Part shown: in pieces, positions 11,401 through 24,300 of the stretch
How the letters are laid out: the number at the start of each line of letters is the position of its first letter
Numbering within the stretch: position 1 is the stretch's first letter
Notes under the pieces: generated by a model
The model's database searches: none
What the model was told of the DNA's origin: nothing
What the model saw: only the letters and a program-made list of their open reading frames with translations
Position numbers and translations under genes: made by a program
NCBI GenBank assembly: GCA_900088475.1
Contig: FLMG01000787.1
Span: 98,871 to 162,870 of the forward strand
Direction: 5' to 3'
DNA: 64,000 nucleotides
Origin: Hyphochytrium catenoides
Taxonomy: Eukaryota > Protista > Hyphochytriomycota

Positions 11401-14400
11401 AGGTGATTGAGATAAACAGCAGCCACAAACGAACCGGTAGGGTTATGCCCGCTGTTACAAGCAGCTGCGATTGGCCACCGTTAGCTGTTTGGCTGCGTAG
11501 TCAAGCTAAATATGTTTCTGACCTCCGCCTTTGGTCACCGCTAAAAAGGGAAGTACATCAAGACCCTCATCGGAGAGGCCACCCAGAGTCAGCGACTAGA
11601 TGAGAGAAATACCCCCGTTAACTCAAGGTGGGTGAATAGAGTCTTCCTACTGCAACTATGCAGCTGAGCTGTTCTCAACAGTCCGCAGCTGGAGGAAGAC
11701 GATAACCCCGAAACGAAGAAGAGAAGAGAGAGGAAGAGGAAACTGACGAATGGGAAAAAGAAGAAAGCGGAAAAAGGCCAGAAGCAAGGCAAACATGTGA
11801 AGCAGTCTCGGAAGTTAACCCTCCTCCTGTTCGAAGATGTTGATCAACTTTTTGAAGATGAAAAGGGCTTCATAAGCACCATAGTAGACCTGCTATCTAC
11901 TTCCAAATGTCCCATAGTGATGACTGCAGCAGGTAAGAGTCGAATCCTGGAGATAACATTTAGCTAAAATATATGGGCGTCCAGAGAGCAGTGGGGAGCA
12001 GAGGAGTGGTGAAAGTGCTCTTTGCGCATGCCTATTTCCTAAAGTAGTTGTTGCAACTTGATGTAGATTATCACTGGAGTTTAGGAAGCGTCCCTCATAC
12101 ACTACGACACTGCCATGGCCCTGGCGATCATCAACTTTCCTTTCTATTGGACTGCATGCTGTTAGCTGAGGGGGCAGACTGCACGAGGGAGGACATATCC
12201 TTCCTTGTCTACTATGCGCAGCACGACCTAAGAAAGGCAGTTCTAACTGCTCAGTTCTGGTTCCAAAAACACTCCTGCCCAACTTTGGGCCCTTCAAGTC
12301 AAGCTCCTTCTCGTTCGTCGCTTCTACCTTTTCTTAGTGCGAGAATACTGGGCGTGCATAGCTGGGTAAAGAGTGCCCGGGCAGTGCAGCACCTCATGGA
12401 TCAGGTTGACTCTGGCCTCCTACGTAAGGTGAGTATCTAGTTTCTCTAGTGGCTGACATTAAGTTCGTCCTGCATATTCTTCTTCAGGAGACTTCGAAGG
12501 GCGTGCTTTGCATCTGCTCTCTGGCTGAACTGTAGTCACTTTCACTCAGTCGTCCTTTCCAGATGCTATCTCTAGGCAATGAAAGCTATCTTCGGCGTGA
12601 GCTGGAATCGTTGCCCGTATTGGACCTGGACCTTGTGAATGGGGAACGGTCATTGGCCTACCCTCAAACTAGGTAGGGGACCTGCGCTATATTCTGCTCT
12701 AGTTCACGGACCAGCTGGGTCGTATAAGAATATAATTCTGCTTCTAGTCTCCGTCCGAACTTCCTTGATGATCTCTACCGCCTGCTTTCCAGAGATGCGA
12801 TTTCTGCTTTAATCCAACCTTCAATGTAACTTCATAGCCCCAATCTATCTCTTGCCAGACTTTAACATTTCCTCCTCGCCTTCAGCGATAGGCATTCTGA
12901 CCAAGCCTCAGCGGACCCATGGATAAAAGCACCAGAAATTCACTCACTCAGTCCAGACAAGTTTGTAGTCCATACCCCGGTCAGGGTCCAAGTATCGACA
13001 GTGGCGGAAGAAATGCTTCAAGTCATTATACGAGGAGCTTTTTTCGCCCAGAAAGTCAGGGGAAAAGAAGAGCTTCTTCCCGTCTCGGTTCAGATCGGAA
13101 ATATCTTTTGTCCGCAGGTGCAAGTAGTGTCAGGATCAGAGCTGAGGGCGGCACTTCCAATGGGTTCATTAGAGCTTCCGAAGGAGAAAGAAGAGGATAC
13201 CTTTGCCCAGCGAGGTATCAGAAAGAAGAAAAGGGGAAGATCCCTCTCTGCCGTTGAAGGGCTACGACTCTTTCGAAAAGTCAAGGTGACCATAGGAGGC
13301 TGCGATAGTGATTCTGATCCGCTGTCTCGACACTCAATAGAATCCCTTCTGGAGCTCCAGCTTTCTACGACGGAAAGGAAGCAAGCAGAAACAGAAGAAC
13401 GGGAGGAGCAAGCCGACCAGAACGAGAGGCCGATCTCTACAAATTTGAAAGATGTACCAAAAGCAACCAAGAGAAGGAGGTTAATAAGGCTCTCAGATAA
13501 ACTGGGCGGGGATTCTTCGGACGATGACCAACTCTGGGAAGACGAAGGATCCAAAGTGAAGCCGCTAATCAATGATGGAGGTGATGAGGACAAAGAAAGC
13601 GAAGAACTTTCAGTATCGTCCGAAAGTCCTTCCGCGCATGGAGGAGACGAGAACAAGCCAGAGAGCGACGAGAACATAGCTTCTCGCAGCAGCAAGAGCT
13701 CCATGGTCAACAGAGTTGTGGAGGAAGACGATTCAAAGATAGCAACGATTGCAGCCACGGACACTGCTGTCAGTCCACCGTCGCTGTCTAACCAATCAGG
13801 GCTAGCCATGGAACCTGAGGCCGGCAGATCAGACTCCACAGCTACCAGGAGAGAATCAACGGATGCCTGTCACGATGAATACGACATAAACTCAGGCTCT
13901 GACCCTAAGATAGAAGACACCCCTGAATCACAAGACATGCAAGATTCAGACAACGAACAGGCAAGCTCCTTTTTCCTACCCCCAGAGAGTGTTAAGTTGA
14001 GCGGGACCAGAGAGATCCCTAACGTCGAGCTAAAGAGTCTAGCGGATGAACAAACGGAGCGAGGTATATTGGAGGCACTGGAAAGAATGGTTACCAGTAC
14101 TGAAGCCTTCTCTGCATCTGACTTGATGGAGAAGACCTACTTTCAAAGTTGCACGGTAAGAACAAACATACTGACGAGATAGGCGTGCGATGGCTGGGTG
14201 TTTGTGACTACCCGGCAATAGCTGATGCATTATTTTCTATTCTAGGTGCCCTTTAGCATACACAAGGAAGAACTGCTCTCGTCTGCCACGATTAGTGTGC
14301 TTGAGGCAGAGTTCCAGAGTGTTCCATATAACACCCATGACCTATCCGATGGACATGCTTCATTTCTCCGAACACTTACTGTCACCATGGAGGGTACCGG

Positions 14401-15208
14401 ATATGGTCAATGCCTCTTGTCAGATCATGCGTGCCTAGAGGATGCCAAGAAGCACTCACACCTCAACCAGTTTCTCCTCGAGGGTCTTGAGAAAGCGGAG
14501 GCTCGGATGCGCTGGTAGGGGATCCGCGACTAAATGGCCTAAATGGAATAAAGGCTCACTCATTAACCCAAACCTACCCTGATCCTCCTTTTCCTCTGAT
14601 TCCTTCTTCTCCGGTACCGTGGCGGAGCAGTCGCGAAGGGTCAGATGACCTGACGCATATCTGGGCTCAGGATACAACGTAAGACGGCTAGACTTTTTGC
14701 GATCTTTCTCGGTTTTAGTGTCTACCTTGGTGTTCAGAAGCTCTCTGCGTCTCATACTTCCAGCTATTCCGCTTCGCTCTGCTTACTGTTGCCCAGACCT
14801 TTTGAGTCAATGATGTCTGTCCTCTTTGTAGCTTTGTCCATGGCGTGCATCTAACAGGCGTGAGTTATCCCAGGTTCGGCACCAGGCGACAATTCTATGA
14901 GGAGTTCGCTCCAGTTCTTGGACTGATAAACAAAGCAGAGGCCACCAGAAGGGAAGACCAAAGAAGGAGAAGGTAAGACTTCCACTCTACACCTCTCTGG
15001 CTGCACCGCATGCATTCGCCATCAGAATTAGTCGCCCGACCGCATTCTTTTCTGTGTAGCTGACATGTGGGCAGCACTCTTTATGTAGAGCTGACATCTA
15101 TGATGACCCGTTTTCTCTAGGTTCGACCACTACCTACTCTCAAAGCGCATTTTACACTCCGACGAAGATATTTATTGCTGTGCTGCTGCTTCTGTCTATT
15201 CCTCATGA
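8483..15208 (+). CDS. ATAD5: ATAD5/ELG1-like RFC large subunit (PCNA unloader), multi-exon
   Basis: Long charged N-terminus, then PWTDKYRP and FKEWLQQWK. Walker A LLTGK|TSSGKTSTVYACATELGFEVIEINSS is split by an intron. Also EATQSQRL, Walker B LLLFEDVD, SKCPIVMT and HDLRKAVLTAQFW. Last exon FDHYLLSK...SS* ends at TGA 15206-15208. Some internal 3' exon boundaries are uncertain. Confidence 0.85.
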
Positions 15209-15459
15209 CGGTATATGTGTTGAGTGGGCTAAAGTAGTCAGAACAGAGATTGATACTAGTATGCTGGCCGCATCTGCCTTGCATGGGGTCGTATGACGGT
15301 AATAATATACATATCATCCATCGCTGTACGGCAGGTTCTCCTCCTCAAAAACTCTCCTCCTTCTCCGCTTGCGTCATAAGTCATTGACTAAATTTGGGTT
15401 ACCTAGGCGCGGCGAGTGTGCGCCGAGCGGCCACTCTCTCTTGATCGGCCCTCTTACTG

Positions 15460-16874
15460 CTACCTCGTTGCTTCCGAAGGTTGCTTTCTTTGGTAAAGCT
15501 GAAGGTTAGACTCAGAGTCTCTGACATCCGGTTCCCAATGTGGGAAGTGGTAAACAAGGGTCACTACTGCCATTCCTCGCTGTTCATGAAGCTGCTTGAC
15601 CAGGGGCTCTAAGACCTGATACAATGAGAGATGCGGAGTAGCATGGCAAAAGTAGGGGTAACGTTCAGCGAGGCGGCATTAGAGGAGGAGGTGGATGGGA
15701 GGCCAACGAGCAAATCGGCCAACTGTGCATACTAAGAGAGAGCAAAAACAGTCAAAGAAGTAGCTGCGGAATGAGCCATCGTTGTCACGAAAGGAGATGT
15801 ACCGAGGGAGCAGATCATTTATACGCAGATGAGAGAGTAGAGATCGCTGGCAAGAGAGTAGAGGCTCTCAAATGATAAGTTTTACGGTTAAACTAAGGAA
15901 AGTCAAGCAGAAAGTGTAGGACACTTAGAGAAAAGGACAACTTTGGAAGGACAAAACAGGCAGCTTGGAAGGGTAAACCCAGGTCAGAGGAGATATTCAC
16001 CTGAAGAAAGGTCGGGTAGACATAAAGAAAGATAACGGTGCAACGTTCCAGAGGAAGCTTTTGAACCTCACTCCTCTGGGAGAAATCTGCCACCTGGAAG
16101 GTCAACAGATGTTCCACTTGATGGAGATGGCTGAGCCTTTGGGCCTGCGGGGTGGTCCGGACATGCTCGTCAGCGCAACGTTCATGTCAAATCTCTCTAC
16201 TCTCACGGCTCAGTTTGCTGTTCTAGGTCATGACGCTTTGCGCTCTTTGCCGTTCGTCGTCTCTCGGTCCTTTTGTTCCTAGTCCCTCTCCACTCCTAGC
16301 TCTCTCTATCTCCTCTATCTATTTATCTGTACCTTTCTTTCTTCTCCTCTCTCCCTTCTCTCCTCTCCCTCTCATGGAGCTCCACCTCTCTCTCTCTCTT
16401 CTGCCATCAGAACCTTTCAATCGATCTACGTTGTAATACAACTAGGCCCAACTTCAAGCTCCCACTCGGCTTCTTTGTGGACGTAGCCTTGGCCTAAACC
16501 GACAGAATAACTAGGATTGCGGTCCTGGTGTTACTCGTTAACATACATTGCTAATGCAATCCGCAGAAATGTCATAGCCCAGCCCTTGACAACCAGTCTT
16601 TAAAGCTGCCAGGATCAGGACCCGGCCGTCCCCGCAACCAATATCAAGAACGCAATCGTCGGCTTTTACTTCTGCTAGGGAAAGGAACCTAAACACTCGC
16701 TCTGTCAAGGTCAGCAGCAGGAATGGGCCCCGTTTGGCTATGGTTCGTACCTTTCGAGGAAGAGAGGAAGGGTGAGAGCCAGGTGCCACGGTTCTCATCG
16801 TCTAGGAACGCGTCAAAGTGCTTCTGCTCTAGCTCTTGAGCAGATTCTTCTAGCTCTGCTTCATGGATCTCCAT
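15460..16874 (-). CDS. Class I SAM-dependent methyltransferase, FAM173/ATPSCKMT-like (probable protein-lysine methyltransferase), multi-exon
   Basis: Spliced product: MEIHEAELE...WLSPFLSSSK|ERVFRFLSLAEVKADDCVLDIGCGDGRVLI...GLGYDIS...FQVADF...TVIFLYVYPTFLQ|VLEPLVKQL...VVTLVYHFPHWEPD...R*. Contains motif I GxGxG. Confidence 0.75.
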
Positions 16875-17148
16875 CACGAATGCCTTTTTGGCCTAGGGCA
16901 TCTCCCTACAGTCCCTGTCAACCTCCTTTGTCGCGTGTGTCTCAAAGCGCCGGAGCCGCGCCAGTTAAAGTCCATCATCCTGACAGGCCGCCACGAAGTA
17001 GCTACCAGGACGCTGAAAAGTGGAGGAAACTCTCATTGCACCTCACTTCTGATCCTCATTCCAAATAAAAAAGCGCTCTCTAAGGAATAGGAACTACAAT
17101 CATTGTTTCTATTTCTAATAAGGCATTGATGAAGCGGTAATTAGGATA

Positions 17149-19545
17149 CTAGGGAAGCTCCATCGAGTCTTCAGATTCTGTCCTGCCGGTCCCATCATGA
17201 TGAACACACTTGCATAACAGAGAGAGAGAGTACATGTCATCCTCAGAGGCGATCAGTCGCTCGGGAGGGATGCAGCTGTCTTCATAGAGGAAGAGATTCA
17301 TAGAGGTTTGGCCAAGGAAGTCTAACCTCTGATGCTCTCCTTTGCGCGTGCACTGGAAGAGTCTCATGCTATCCGAGTGCTCGATCCGGATCTCAGACTC
17401 CCGAGCAGCAGCGTTTACCAGACAGAAGTCCACCATGAACTCGTCAGGCTCATAGGTAGAGCAGAGTCCAGCGAGACTGCTGTCATGCCTTGTTCGCTGG
17501 TGTATCTCGGAGTTTATCTCGTCAGTACATGACTGCAACAGCTTGGCCACGGTCGCCTCGTCACACACCCGAAGTTCACAAGGGCAGTAACCTGATGGCA
17601 CGCCCGCGCTTGCACAGCTACGATTGAGGGGCAGTGGTTCTAGAAGTGACTGACCCAGCTGTGTTATATGTTGATCGGGAGCTGCGTTTGTCGTTGAGTC
17701 TTCACCATGGGGAGCTTGAGAAGTAGGAACACCTCTAAGGTGGTTGTCCTCTTGAACAGCTTCTAGTCTTTCACCCCTATTCCCCAGCAGGAGGTGCATG
17801 ATGGTTTGATAGAGGTCATGGTGCGTGGTAATAGATACCTGGTTCTTTTTCAGGGCTTTCTGCAGCTCGGGCTGCTTCGCCAAAAGCTCCCGAGGAAGCG
17901 CCGCAAGCAGAGGAGGATTTTTATGGTGGACAAAGCCCGCTGCATCTTCATACTCCAAACCGTGATGGCGCCCGTGATCGGAGGCTATGAAGACAGCACT
18001 TCTGGGAGGTAAGACACCATCCGCGGGGTTCAGCAACTGCCTCAAGGAAGCCACAAAGGCCTTATCCACACTGCTATAGACCGCATCTTCAACATGGGCA
18101 TCGTGAAACAGGACTGTTGAGAACGTCCTTCTTGTGCGGTGATGCTTGAGAAAGGAAGAAAGGTACTCGAAGCCATAGCTGAAGGTTGGCTTTTGGCCGA
18201 CACAGAGTTCATAGTCACTGACGTACGTCGGGGTAGTGAACGTTACATCGTCTACCATTCTGACGTGGGCCTGGGAGATGCCTTTAGGGTACCGACAATT
18301 AGGCTTGGCCCAATCCGATGGGGCAAAGACAGCTTGAGGGAAACAATGCTGAGCCGGCAACTGGCCCCTAGAGAGTCCGTAGTCAGTCACTAGTCCTAAA
18401 TGGTAAGAGCTCCACGAGGTCTTACTAGGATAGCCTCCGGGCAAGTTATCGAAGAGCATTGTGTTGAAGTCCAGCTTCTCCGCGACATCAAAGAGCCAGT
18501 TGGCTCTCACCTGTTCCGAGGGCGGAATTCCTTCCTCGCCCATATGCTCGAACACTTCTGGTTCTAAGCCTGAGAACATCGCGCCATAATTTGGGGCACT
18601 GCTCTCGCCTTGTACTGTGTGCCTCCGGAAGTCAAACACTTGATAATCTGCTGCGTCGTTGCTAGTCTGCAGGCTCTGTAGATACTTCGCGGTCTCAGGG
18701 AGGAGGGCAGCAAACTTTTCTCTTGAGATGCCATCAAGCATAAAGACAACTATGTTTTCCACCATAGGCTTGGCACTCTTTAGTCTCTCTCTCAGGTCTT
18801 CTGTCAGCTCTGGTGCTATAGGTTTCCGCTCAAGCCGCTCCGCTTCAGCAAGATACCGAGGGGGCAAGACTGCCACCTCTTGTCTCCCTTCACACTCCAC
18901 GGTAATAAACTCAACATCTTTATCGAAAGGTAGCATGGGGCCACTTTCCAGGGTCCACGCAGAGTCACCATTGCCTCTGTATCTGTAAGGGAGAGTACCG
19001 CACTTGACGCGAACCTTATCCCACTCTGCAGCCAAAAAGCTTGGCTGGTCCGAAGGCTCAATCATCAACTCCGGAAGAAGGGTCAGGTAGGCATTTATGT
19101 CTTCATGATGGGGGAGAGGGCATGTCCTCGTCTGCGCTATCATCTCCGCTGTCTCCCAGTTGATTTCATTACTCTCAATATAAGCTTCCAGCATTGCATG
19201 ATCTCCAAACTCTAAGATGGAAGTAAGGGAGCTCGGGTCAACTCGCGCACCTTTGTCCGCTCTCATGCGCTGAGAAAGATCCTGGAGCAATGCGATGCCT
19301 TTTTGCGCTGCTGAAGGATCGAAGAGGGTAAGAGTACCAAGAATCGCGAAGGAGCCCAGCAAGAAAATCGCAAACTGAATTCTTCTTGTTCGGGCCTGAT
19401 GACCCGAAAGCTGAGATTTCCTCTTGTCTGGCTTGGGAGTCGGATAAACGCTATCCTCTTCGAGAGGTCCCGCAAGAAGGTTCTCAGCCTCTTGTTGGTC
19501 AGGCTTCGGCTCAGCTTCTCGCTGAGAGGCTCTGCGCGAGGACAT
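17149..19545 (-). CDS. DUF229-family alkaline phosphatase/sulfatase-superfamily type II membrane protein, intronless, 798 aa
   Basis: Single ORF with an N-terminal TM segment (IQFAIFLLGSFAILGTLTLF). Motifs NIVVFMLDGISR...LPET, VQGESSAPNY, FHDAH, FIASDHG, NQVSITTHHDLYQT and LPLNRSCASAGVPSGYCPC match the DUF229 pattern. Confidence 0.8.
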   Translation of the reverse strand: MSSRRASQREAEPKPDQQEAENLLAGPLEEDSVYPTPKPDKRKSQLSGHQARTRRIQFAIFLLGSFAILGTLTLFDPSAAQKGIALLQDLSQRMRADKGARVDPSSLTSILEFGDHAMLEAYIESNEINWETAEMIAQTRTCPLPHHEDINAYLTLLPELMIEPSDQPSFLAAEWDKVRVKCGTLPYRYRGNGDSAWTLESGPMLPFDKDVEFITVECEGRQEVAVLPPRYLAEAERLERKPIAPELTEDLRERLKSAKPMVENIVVFMLDGISREKFAALLPETAKYLQSLQTSNDAADYQVFDFRRHTVQGESSAPNYGAMFSGLEPEVFEHMGEEGIPPSEQVRANWLFDVAEKLDFNTMLFDNLPGGYPSKTSWSSYHLGLVTDYGLSRGQLPAQHCFPQAVFAPSDWAKPNCRYPKGISQAHVRMVDDVTFTTPTYVSDYELCVGQKPTFSYGFEYLSSFLKHHRTRRTFSTVLFHDAHVEDAVYSSVDKAFVASLRQLLNPADGVLPPRSAVFIASDHGRHHGLEYEDAAGFVHHKNPPLLAALPRELLAKQPELQKALKKNQVSITTHHDLYQTIMHLLLGNRGERLEAVQEDNHLRGVPTSQAPHGEDSTTNAAPDQHITQLGQSLLEPLPLNRSCASAGVPSGYCPCELRVCDEATVAKLLQSCTDEINSEIHQRTRHDSSLAGLCSTYEPDEFMVDFCLVNAAARESEIRIEHSDSMRLFQCTRKGEHQRLDFLGQTSMNLFLYEDSCIPPERLIASEDDMYSLSLLCKCVHHDGTGRTESEDSMELP

Positions 19546-21303
19546 TGTCCAGGGCTCGATAGCACCGCAGGAGGGTTGTCTACCAATAGATTTTCCCTGC
19601 GTTCCTTACCACGCTGCTTGATGTTGGGGCTAGCTGGAGATAGACGTCACTTCACTAAGCCACCGTGAGGCAACCCGAGAGCATGCGAAGAGAAAGCCCA
19701 CTGATGGAGGTCTAACCTCTCACCGTGCGAGATAGCCACGGCTTGCACGGTAGCCGGCAGCTCGGAGAGGCATGAACAGGTTCGCCTCCGTCCAGGGCTG
19801 GCAATGAGTGCAGATGGTAAGGTGTGGAAGGTAGGCCTGGTCTCCAATGACGATGACGATCCTCTCCTCATCGTCTGAGGTTGAAGATGAAAGGACATGG
19901 ACGAAGGGAACGCCACCAGGATTCAAACCGTACATTCAACTTCAATCTTACAGATTCGAAATACGTCTTTGTAGACTCTCCATAGTAAGTGGCTAGTTCT
20001 AACAGTCGTACAGTTTTCACGTAGTGGCAGAAAATACACTCTCGATCCAGATGTTCTTGGAAGAAAGTTGGGAGAAATGAAATGTGATGATTATCACTAT
20101 CCGATTATCAATAGGATGCGAGCTGAAGAAGCGGTTCTCAAAGAGCTTTTGAGAGATTGAAGACGCAATGGCCTCTCAGATAACCAAGTAATCGGCCGCA
20201 CACTGTACAACTGTACAAGCAGGAGGCTCAGGGCTCAGACGCTCCAAGCTGCTGCTGCTGCCTCTCCCCACCCTCGTGGTGACTTCGTTGGAATGGAGGA
20301 TAATGTCCCAAAAACTGACTGTGTCCGCCGGTTGGACTGAACTTTCTCCCGCACACTCCAAATCAGCGCGAAAGAAGGAGGATACCCGTATGAAAAGAGT
20401 TGGGATAGGCTCTTATCATTCAGCGCTTAAAGGAGCGGGGTGCCTGTAGGAAGAAAGCCAGGATAGGCTTTCTTCACCCAGAGCTCAAACGAGGAAATTG
20501 CCCGTAGGAACAGGGCTGCTAAAGGCTTCCATTACCCAGAGCTTGACGAAGAATCGGGAAGCCGGTAGGACTAGAGCTGATATAGGCCTCGATCACCCTA
20601 TAGTGTATCAAATCATTGACCTGTGGCCCCGGGTGAAGAAATGAAGTCAGTATTATTTGAGATCTCGGAGAGAACTGTAGCTTACCAGCTGTGCACAAAG
20701 GCTACAGGTGCTGGCATGGCATCCGTAAGCAGTTTATCCTCGGCATTCGTGGCCATTTTTGTTATATCTTATAAAGAGTCCTCCCTACCAACAGTGGTTG
20801 ATGTCATTGCTTGATCCCAACTACAAGGATCAATATTCATGTGACAATCTACTAGTCCAAACCTTGTTTGGGCATGAGCGAGCAGTTTCTTAAGAGGGGC
20901 AAGGAGCTAAAGGGGCAGGCAACTGTCTATGGTGCTTTTTAAGAGGACAGTAAGCTATGTATCGAATCAGGTTGTCCACCCCGTCACAACTCTTGAAAGC
21001 GCATTCCTGTCATAAACGCTATAGCAGAGAACAAGGTCAACGGTTGTGACCAGGCCTTCCTCTTACTTCACTGGCCGGAGCTCACTGGTCTTGACTGGGC
21101 ATGCGGTAGGAAGGAATTTTGACCGATACCGAGCCGGAGTGTGTGCTCATGGGACAGGATGCGAAAACAAACCCAAGCTCCTTGTCACTCCAACCCTGTC
21201 ACTCCAAGATCTCTTGCTAGTTGTCAAAACACTAAGTAGAACTCTAGATAAGAGTGACCGTGGCGTACATTAATGGCAGGACTTACATTCAATCAAACAT
21301 CTA

Positions 21304-24300
21304 TCACAGAAGGAGCTCCTCTTCACTACCTTGAAGAAAATCTAACTCCTTGTCAATAATCTCCTTCAGAAACACGACCCTCTCTACAGGTGGCCTGACT
21401 TCCAAAGCCAGCCGCTCCTCATCTATGGCCTCGTACCCGATCAGGTACAGAATGTGCTCAAGGATGATATCAGCACCCTCAAGCTTCTTGAACAGGCGAT
21501 CAGATCTTGATATCGAGAGATATCTTTGAGACTCCGCCTCATCCATGAGCGATGACAACACCGTAGCTGCCGCCTTTAGTACGCGGATCACTGCCCCTGA
21601 GCTTTCGTAGAGCTCGACCTCTCTTAGCATGCGTGTTAGCTTTGTCCTCGTGGCGGTAGCCCAGCTATCCATACTGCCGTGTTCCGTGAAGCTTGAGAGC
21701 TGTGATGATGCCCTTAATCTACTCTCAGAAGACGCAGACCTAGGTTCAAAGGCTCCAGACGGTGTCCGCGACCCTCTAGGCCTTACCTCGATTGGTTCAT
21801 ACCTTGGGGACGGATCTGGAAACATCTCTAGCTGACCGAGACCAAGAAAAGACCCTCTGTTGCTCTGTCTTCGGGTGTCTCTCATAGCTGTCGCAGCCTC
21901 TAACGACGACAGAGGACTTTGTAGAGGTGCGGCAGAAGCCAAAGGCTCCTCGGGCTGGTCTGAGATTCCCATGAGCTCATGAAGCTCACTAACCATCTGT
22001 CTATGAGAATGCTTTTTCGCAAGAAGAACCGGATCGTCAGCCGGTATGCCCACCCGGCGGTGCCAAGTGTAGACTTTCTCTTCGACTGCTTTCCGTGCCT
22101 CATCTCGAGGTCGCTCAGAGACCTGCGGACCTTCTTTAAAATGCTGAAGCTGTGATTCAGCTTCCTCCGCTCGTCTTCTGAGACGCGCAACTTCTTCCTT
22201 CAGCCCCTCCACCGATATATCTTCTCCACCTCCCGTTGCTGATTCATGCTCAGGCTTGCTCTGAGATATCATTTTAGCACTTGCCTTGTCAGGACTCAGA
22301 GGTGGGGGACTCGTTGCTGCCACAGTCGGCTTGAAGTAGAGCTTTTCTTCCTCTTGATTGTCAACTGAACGAGGGCTTTCCTCCAGGTATTTGTCAACAC
22401 TGACGGATCTAATGCGTGGGTCATCGAGATTCTCTATCTGATTGCCATGGGGACTATAAGATCGCTTTCGAGGGCTCTCCCATTGCTCCTCGTCCTCCGT
22501 CATTCTGCTTGATCGACGCTTTTGTGACACTTCTACGCTTTCGACACTCCCTCTCCAGCTTCTTGAGTCTCTGTCGCTTTCCACATTTTTCTCAAGATAT
22601 GAGAAAGCCCTCTTTGTCGAAGGAAAAGGGTAGGATGTCGGAATGCCGACGGCTTTGGCCAAGCGAGCCGCCTCTGCTGTGGCTTCAGCGGCAGCGGAGG
22701 TGTTAAGAGAGACTGCATGTAGCGCTGCCTCCAGCTCAGTCATTGGCCGTTCTGGTGACTCTTCTTTAGCTTCCTTAACGAGTTCTTTGCCGGAATCTAC
22801 CGTAGAAAAGCTCTCCTTGCTTTTTAACGACATCTTTCTGAGAGGTGGCATAGGGCCCCGTTCGGGTGGCGGAGCTGTCTTGAATAAGGTGGCTGAACTC
22901 GGGATTATCTTGTCGCCTCTTGTGCCCGTAAAGCTCTTTACGGAGTACTCGGAAGGAGGCGCTTTGGCCTGTCGCTAAGATAAAGAACCTAAGATTCTTT
23001 GTCTTTTACACTCCGTCTAATTTGCTACTCGTCTCCAATCTCTCGCTATCCCCGACGTTAGGCTCGATTTCGGCTTTTCTCTCTCTCTCTGTCTCTCTCT
23101 CTCTTGTGATGCAAACCGACATTTCTCTCTTCCCGAAGACACCAGACCAGCCATAGGATTCCCTCCCTTATTGCCAACAACTCTTCGTCTCCCTCCGTCC
23201 ATAAACCCCACCTAATTTTATCTGTCTTTAGATTGCCCCGCGCGTCTACCGAGGGTCTGCACACGCTAACACCTACCATGAGCGATCGAGCGTCTTGCTC
23301 CGAGTCTACGGTTGGAGCCTTAGAAAACCTACTTAAGGTATCCTCCTCCGCGGGGTTTGAGGATGTTCGCCGTATTCTTTCTCCCATGAACTTGTCCTTG
23401 GTATGGGCTCTAATCTCTAGGATACAGGCAGTACACACGCGAACCTTGGTAATCCCAATGGCATGGATCTCCACTTCTCTTTCTGGAGCGCACCCTGCGC
23501 ATACGACCTCTCCACAACTTCTGCAATGGTGCCGTGACCTGAGAAGCTTGTTGAAAGGCTTTCGGCATAAGTTGCAGTTAGATCGGCGGTCGTCTGGAAC
23601 CCAATGCTCTTGGCTCACAAAGGTACATGCGCTCAAGCGCTTCCTTTCGATGACAGCTGTGAGCTCAGACAAACTCAAAATCCTTTGCTTGAGCTCTGTT
23701 TCAGTTGCCGAGATGGACACCAAGCCACCTAAACAGAAGGGGAGGCACGCAGGAAGTGCATCAGAAGAGGTCGATGGGAGTTTCGTTGTAAGTTCTGAGG
23801 AGCTTTACCTATAAAGCGCTCCTGGCATATATAGGTCACAAGCGTTGTGTCCTTCTTCCTTCCTTCTTGCAGGATAAACCCTGTGCGGTGAATCTGGCCC
23901 CGAATGAACCCTCCCCTTGGCACTAAGGCATTGAATTCGGTTTTGGGGCTAGACTCCATGACAATGATCCCAACACAGTTCTTGTCCCGAGTCTCATACA
24001 AGTTGCAGAACTATATAACGGAGATGTTATTAGGACTTCTTGGCCTCTAAACCCTTTTCAGGTTCATCTAGACCATACATGACAACATACAAACGCACCT
24101 CCAAATACACGAAGTCTCGGTTGTGCCGCTGATTGCCACTCTTGCACTCATACGCGGCCCATTTCAGGCTCAACGATCTGTAGGGGTGTCCAGATGTAGG
24201 CACATCCAGGGTCTGGGGAATGAAAAGAAGCCAGTAGAGCTGTCAGTCAAAGTAGCGATAACGCATTAACTGTCAACCTGAGTCACCTGTAGGCATTGTC

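Noticed and set aside
13090-13839. Long antisense ORFs opposite ATAD5, START-FYVE (23233-23814), ABCG and G-alpha
   Set aside because: Shadow frames of real coding exons with no independent motifs.
19600-21290. Short ORFs between DUF229 and START-FYVE, e.g. the fragment ...IINRMRAEEAVLKELLRD* ending at 20160
   Set aside because: No recognisable homology, start context or consistent splice pattern; cannot be supported as genes.
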